Below are positions 59,842 through 64,000 of a stretch of DNA of 64,000 nt, piece by piece. The notes beneath the pieces were generated by a model. It was not told the DNA's origin and ran no database searches. It was given only the letters and a program-made list of their open reading frames with translations. Location: NCBI GenBank assembly GCA_038250865.1, contig JBBSBW010000006.1:26424-90423 (forward strand), read 5' to 3'. Positions within the stretch are counted from its first letter, which is position 1. Each line of letters starts with the position of its first letter. The DNA is from Thermoanaerobaculia bacterium. GTDB taxonomy: Bacteria; Acidobacteriota; Thermoanaerobaculia; Multivoradales; UBA5704. The translations under genes were made by a program, and so were the position numbers.

Positions 59842-59954
59842 GACGAAGGGTTCGGGTCCTGTGCATCGATCCTCACCGAACCTCGTCAGGCCCGGAAGGG
59901 AGCAGCGATAAGGTTGGGCGACCGAGTGCCGCAGATCAACCGGAACCCTTCGTC
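59842..59954 (+). ncRNA. ffs: Signal recognition particle RNA (small 4.5S type, ffs)
   Basis: Domain IV core GUCAGGCCCGGAAGGGAGCAGC. A terminal helix is formed by GACGAAGGGTTCGG (59842-59855) pairing with CGGAACCCTTCGTC (59941-59954). Canonical position immediately upstream of dnaX. Confidence 0.7.
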
Positions 59955-59992
59955 AATTTCTGCCTAGACCCGAGCCTCCAGACACTTAAGCC

Positions 59993-61642
59993 ATGGCCTA
60001 TCAGGTCCTCGCGCGCAAATGGCGACCCCAGGATTTTTCGAGTCTCGTCGGCCAGGAAGCCATCGTCACGGCGTTGCGCAATGCTCTGCGGGAGAAGCGC
60101 ATCGCCCAGGCCTACCTGTTCTCCGGAATTCGCGGCGTCGGTAAGACCACCGCCGCCCGGGTTCTCGCCAAGGCTCTCAACTGCGAGACGAACTTCGGCG
60201 GCGACCCGTGTAACGACTGCACGCCCTGCCGCGAGATCACCCGCGGGGGCGATCTCGACGTCATCGAAGTCGATGCCGCAACCTACTCCAAGGTGGAACA
60301 GGTCCGAGAACTGACCGAGAGCCTGCGCTACGGCCCGGCGCGCGACCGCTACAAGGTCGTGGTGCTGGACGAGATCCATCGTCTCTCGCGCCAAGCTTTC
60401 GATGCCCTGCTCAAGATCGTCGAGGAGCCGCCGCCGCATCTGGTCTTCATCTTTGCCACCACCGAAGCGGATGCGGTTCCGGTCACCATCCTTTCGCGCT
60501 GCCAAGAGTTTCGCTTTCGCCGCGTCCCGTCGCTCGAAGTCGCCGCCCTGCTGCGCAAGATCTGTACCGAGGAGGAGATCGTCGCCAGCGAAGCGGCGCT
60601 TCGTCTCGTCGCCCGGGCCGGCGAGGGGAGCGTCCGCGACGCCGTGGCGCTTCTCGACCAGCTGGCCACCTTCGGTAACCGGTCGATCTCCGACGACGAC
60701 GCAGTGCGCCTGCTCGGCGGTTTGGACACCGCCCTGTTCCATCGCCTGCTCCAAGCGATGTTGGCCGGGGACCGGCTCGCCATCCGCGAGGCCGCGCGGC
60801 GGATCGAGGACGAAGGGTGGGACGCGCGAAACGTCTTCAGCCAATTCCTTGCCTTCGGCCGAGACGCGCTTCACCTCGCCCTCGGCGGCTCTCCTTCCTC
60901 GATCGACCTGCCAGAGGAGGAGGCGCAGGCCCTGGCGAAACTCGCCGAGGCGGCCGGATACGAGAATCTGCTTCGCCTGCTTTCCCAGCTGCTCGCGAGC
61001 GAGCCGGTCGTTCGGCGTAGCGAGACCGGTGTTCTCGCCGTCGAGATCGCGTGGCTGCGGGCCGCGGAGCTGCCGAAACTTTTACGGGTCGAGGAGCTTC
61101 TCGCGGGCGGTGCATTGCCGACCGCCCCCCGAACGGCCCCCCCCGCCGGACCCTCGGCGTCGCGGGCCCCGACCCCAGCGCCGGGCCCGCCGATGGGCCC
61201 GCCGGGCGCGGCCTCGGTCGCCGGTCCTCCAGCACAGAAGCTCTCGGCTCCGGCTGCAATCCTGGAGAGCACCGCCCAGGGAACCCCGCTCGAGCGATTC
61301 CTCGACGAGGTTCGCAAGCGCAAGCCGCCGCTCGCGTCGCACCTCGACCGCGGCACTCTCGGAATCGAAGGCGACGTGCTGACGATCACCTACGATCCCG
61401 GCGATCTCCAACTCCGCGACGGCTTGAATCGCGGTAGCAATCCTCAGATACTGCAAGAGGCCATCGTCGCCATTTGGGGCGCCGAGGTCGTCTGGCGGGC
61501 GGTCCAAGGAGCGCCCGCTGTCGCGAGCCGACCGCCGAGCCAGACGCCAAAAGCCGATCCGCCGGCCCAGGTCGACAACCCCACCGTTCAAACTCTCCTC
61601 GAGCTCTTCGGCGGCCAGATCGAAGCGAACGAGGGAAGCTAG
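59993..61642 (+). CDS. dnaX: DNA polymerase III subunit gamma/tau
   Basis: AAA+ clamp-loader motifs (GIRGVGKTT, DEIH, SRC) and zinc module CNDCTPCREI. Confidence 0.9.
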   Translation: MAYQVLARKWRPQDFSSLVGQEAIVTALRNALREKRIAQAYLFSGIRGVGKTTAARVLAKALNCETNFGGDPCNDCTPCREITRGGDLDVIEVDAATYSKVEQVRELTESLRYGPARDRYKVVVLDEIHRLSRQAFDALLKIVEEPPPHLVFIFATTEADAVPVTILSRCQEFRFRRVPSLEVAALLRKICTEEEIVASEAALRLVARAGEGSVRDAVALLDQLATFGNRSISDDDAVRLLGGLDTALFHRLLQAMLAGDRLAIREAARRIEDEGWDARNVFSQFLAFGRDALHLALGGSPSSIDLPEEEAQALAKLAEAAGYENLLRLLSQLLASEPVVRRSETGVLAVEIAWLRAAELPKLLRVEELLAGGALPTAPRTAPPAGPSASRAPTPAPGPPMGPPGAASVAGPPAQKLSAPAAILESTAQGTPLERFLDEVRKRKPPLASHLDRGTLGIEGDVLTITYDPGDLQLRDGLNRGSNPQILQEAIVAIWGAEVVWRAVQGAPAVASRPPSQTPKADPPAQVDNPTVQTLLELFGGQIEANEGS

Positions 61643-61663
61643 ACACCAGGGAGGAGCTTCACG

Positions 61664-61960
61664 ATGAGCAGCATGCGTAATCTGATGAAACAAGCCCAGG
61701 AGATGCAGGAGCGCCTACAGCGCGAGCTCGGCGAAACGACGGTCGAGTCGAGCGTCGGGGGCGGGATGGTGACCGTGGTGATGAACGGCCACAAGCATCT
61801 CGTCTCGGCCAAGATCGACCCGGAAGTGCTCGATCCGGAAGATCCCTCCGTGCTCGAAGACCTGATCGTCGCCGCGGTCAACGAAGCCGGCCGCAAGATC
61901 GAAGAGACGATGCAGGCCAAGGTCGGGTCGATGGCTTCGAGCCTTCCCGGCTTGTTCTAG
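61664..61960 (+). CDS. ybaB: Nucleoid-associated protein YbaB/EbfC
   Basis: MSSMRNLMKQAQEMQERLQ...GGGMVTVVMNGHKHLVSAKIDP family signature. Confidence 0.9.
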   Translation: MSSMRNLMKQAQEMQERLQRELGETTVESSVGGGMVTVVMNGHKHLVSAKIDPEVLDPEDPSVLEDLIVAAVNEAGRKIEETMQAKVGSMASSLPGLF

Positions 61961-61981
61961 GCGCTCTATTTTCGGAGCCCG

Positions 61982-62566
61982 ATGTCCGATCCCCTCGCCC
62001 GCCTCGTCGGCGAGCTCTCTCGCCTTCCTTCGATCGGTCCGAAGACGGCGACCCGCTTGGCCCATCACCTCCTCAAGGTGTCAAAGCCGGAGGCGGAGGC
62101 GCTCGCCCGGGCGATCATTGAGGTCAAAGAGCGGCTCTTCCACTGTTCGTTGTGCAACGCGATTACGGCGGTCGAACCCTGCTCAATTTGCACCGACTCC
62201 GATCGCGACCGGGCGCGAATCTGCGTCGTCGAAGAGCCGTTCAACATCGCCCCGATGGAGCGAACCGGCGAATTTCGCGGTCTCTACCACGTGCTGCTCG
62301 GAGCGCTCTCGCCGCATCGCGGGATCGGTCCCGACCGGCTGTCGATCGCCGGCCTCCTCGACCGCCTCACCGGCATCGAAGAGGTGATCGTCGCGACCAA
62401 CCCAAACGTCGAAGGCGAGGCGACCGCGCTCTATCTCGCCCGTCTGCTCAAAGGGCGCGGCGTCCTGGTGACCCGCCTCGCCTTCGGCATGCCGATCGGC
62501 GGCGACATCGAATACACCGACCAGGTGACGCTGGCCCGCTCTCTCGCCGGCCGCCGAGCCCTATAA
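61982..62566 (+). CDS. recR: Recombination protein RecR
   Basis: HhH (LPSIGPKTATRLAHHL), C4 zinc finger CSLCNAITAVEPCSIC, Toprim domain. Confidence 0.9.
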   Translation: MSDPLARLVGELSRLPSIGPKTATRLAHHLLKVSKPEAEALARAIIEVKERLFHCSLCNAITAVEPCSICTDSDRDRARICVVEEPFNIAPMERTGEFRGLYHVLLGALSPHRGIGPDRLSIAGLLDRLTGIEEVIVATNPNVEGEATALYLARLLKGRGVLVTRLAFGMPIGGDIEYTDQVTLARSLAGRRAL

Positions 62567-62570
62567 GGCG

Positions 62571-63902
62571 ATGCCACCGGCCCAGGCCTCGCCGAGGCTC
62601 TCGCGGGGAGACCTGCCGCCGCGAATCGTCGAGCCGCCCCCCGGCCCCCGCTCACGCGAGCTTTCCGCTGGTCTCGATCGCTATCTCGCCCCCGGGATTT
62701 CGACCGTGGTCGGCAGCCAACCGTCTCTCGTCTGGGAAGAGGCGCTCGGAGCGAACGTTCTCGACGTCGACGGCAACCTCTTCGTCGACCTCACCGCCGG
62801 TTTCGGCGTCGCCTCGATCGGCCACCGCCGGCCCGAGGTCGTCGCTGCGGTCGCCGCCCAGGCGGCCCGTCTGGTCCATACCCTGGGCGATGTGGCGGCC
62901 CATCCCGCGCGCCTCGACCTCGCGCGCCGGCTCGCCGAGCAGGCGCCGGTCGGAAACGCCGGGGACGACCTCCAGGTGTTCTTTGCCGTCTCAGGCGCGG
63001 AGGCGGTCGAGATCGCGCTTAAAACCGCGCTCGCCGCGACTCAAAAGCCGGGCGTCGTCGCTTTCGATCCCGGCTACCACGGCCTCTCTCTAGGAGCGCT
63101 CGCCGTGACCTCGCGGCCGGCGTTCCGAGAGCCTTTCTCCCCTCATCTCCACGGCCATGTCGAGCGCTTCGCGTTCGGCGGGCCGCTCGGCGACCTGGCC
63201 TCCCGGCTCGAACAGCGCGACGTCGGCGCCGTGATCTTCGAGCCGATCGTCGGGCGTGAGGGCGTTTTGCTGCCGCCCCCCGGCTGGCTCGCGGCGCTCG
63301 CGGAACTCACCCGCCACGCCGGGGCGCTGCTGATCGCCGACGAAATCTTCACCGGTTTCGGCCGCACCGGCCATCGGTTCGCCGTCGAGGCCGAAGGAGT
63401 CCGACCCGACCTCCTCTGCTGCGGTAAGGCGCTCGGCGGCGGCCTGCCGATCGCCGCGGTGATCGGTCGGCGAGACCTCTTCGCCGTCTGGCACACCGGG
63501 GGTGAAGCCCTGCACACGGCGACTTTCGTCGCCCATCCTCTCGCTTGCGCCGCGGCCCTGGCGGCGCTTGAAGTCCTGGATTCCGAGCGCCTGCCGCAAC
63601 GGGCACTAGAGTTCGGGACCGCTCTTCTTCCCCGGCTCTCCTCCTGGCCGAAGCGCTTTTCCGCCGTCGTCGAGGTGCGGGGCCGCGGACTGCTCTGGGG
63701 GATCGAGCTGCGAACGCCGTATACCGCGAAGCGCTTGGTCGCCGGGGCGCTCGCACGCGGTGTCCTGCTTCTCGCCGGCGGACCGGAGGGCAACGTCGCG
63801 CAAATCGCCCCCCCGTTGACAATCGCTTCGGAACAACTTTCCGTGGCGTTCGATCTCCTCGAATCCGTCTTGGCGTCGGTCTCCGAGGAGCCAGAGCCTT
63901 GA
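62571..63902 (+). CDS. Class III (omega-) aminotransferase family PLP enzyme
   Basis: AT-III fold motifs including SGAEAVE and DEIFTGFGRTG; the PLP-lysine region CGKALGGG. Confidence 0.8.
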   Translation: MPPAQASPRLSRGDLPPRIVEPPPGPRSRELSAGLDRYLAPGISTVVGSQPSLVWEEALGANVLDVDGNLFVDLTAGFGVASIGHRRPEVVAAVAAQAARLVHTLGDVAAHPARLDLARRLAEQAPVGNAGDDLQVFFAVSGAEAVEIALKTALAATQKPGVVAFDPGYHGLSLGALAVTSRPAFREPFSPHLHGHVERFAFGGPLGDLASRLEQRDVGAVIFEPIVGREGVLLPPPGWLAALAELTRHAGALLIADEIFTGFGRTGHRFAVEAEGVRPDLLCCGKALGGGLPIAAVIGRRDLFAVWHTGGEALHTATFVAHPLACAAALAALEVLDSERLPQRALEFGTALLPRLSSWPKRFSAVVEVRGRGLLWGIELRTPYTAKRLVAGALARGVLLLAGGPEGNVAQIAPPLTIASEQLSVAFDLLESVLASVSEEPEP

Positions 63903-64000
63903 GCACCACTCCTCGGTTCAAGATCGCCTTCATCGGCACCCATGGGGTCGGCAAGACGACTCTCTGCTATGGGCTTGCCGCCCTGCTCAAAGCCCGCGAC
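63899..64000 (+). CDS. P-loop NTPase (partial, 5' end only)
   Basis: TTG start overlapping the aminotransferase stop (TTGA). Walker A GTHGVGKTT within the first 25 codons; truncated by the window end. Confidence 0.4.
   Translation, partial: MSTTPRFKIAFIGTHGVGKTTLCYGLAALLKARD

Overview
This is a GC-rich, gene-dense bacterial chromosomal segment; its codon style resembles Acidobacteriota-like genomes, but that is an inference. Most of the six-frame ORFs are antisense or alternate-frame shadows of about 55 real genes. Recognisable content runs as follows. A partial RDD-family gene, a TPR membrane protein, an orphan AAA+ ATPase, an MsbA-like ABC exporter and a Met/His-rich secreted protein. A pilT-pilC-pilS-pilR type IV pilus and two-component block. 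A pair of M16 peptidases, an HtrA protease, an MscS channel and ubiX. A long minus-strand operon with short start/stop overlaps suggesting translational coupling, built around a nitrate-reductase-like molybdopterin oxidoreductase (Rieske, poly-ferredoxin, cytochrome-b-like/rubredoxin fusion membrane subunit, small TM protein, TehA/SLAC1-type anion transporter, RIC di-iron protein, Cys-rich wHTH regulator), flanked by a ClC channel and a beta-propeller/phosphoesterase fusion. Then lepA, rsgA, a cytochrome c, dus, tmRNA (tag ANDNFALAA), mtnA, a methionine gamma-lyase-like enzyme, comEA plus a pseudopilin, tandem lepB paralogs, and the origin-proximal conserved block (bactofilin, parB, parA, rsmG, jag, yidC, yidD, rnpA, rpmH) followed by two tRNA-Ser, tadA, ffs, dnaX, ybaB and recR. 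The most unusual non-genic structures are two separate arrays of about 21-bp tandem repeats whose units each carry a palindrome. One is a 15-unit non-coding array next to a MarR gene. The other encodes the heptad-repeat C-terminal tail of an XRE-family regulator that sits divergently from a secreted triple Cys-repeat peptide. Also notable are paired 12-bp perfect palindromes between jag and rsmG and a (TGGA)5 microsatellite in the comEA promoter. The best candidate for an undescribed system is the quinol-linked NasA-like Mo enzyme operon, with its atypical membrane electron-transfer module and anion channels.
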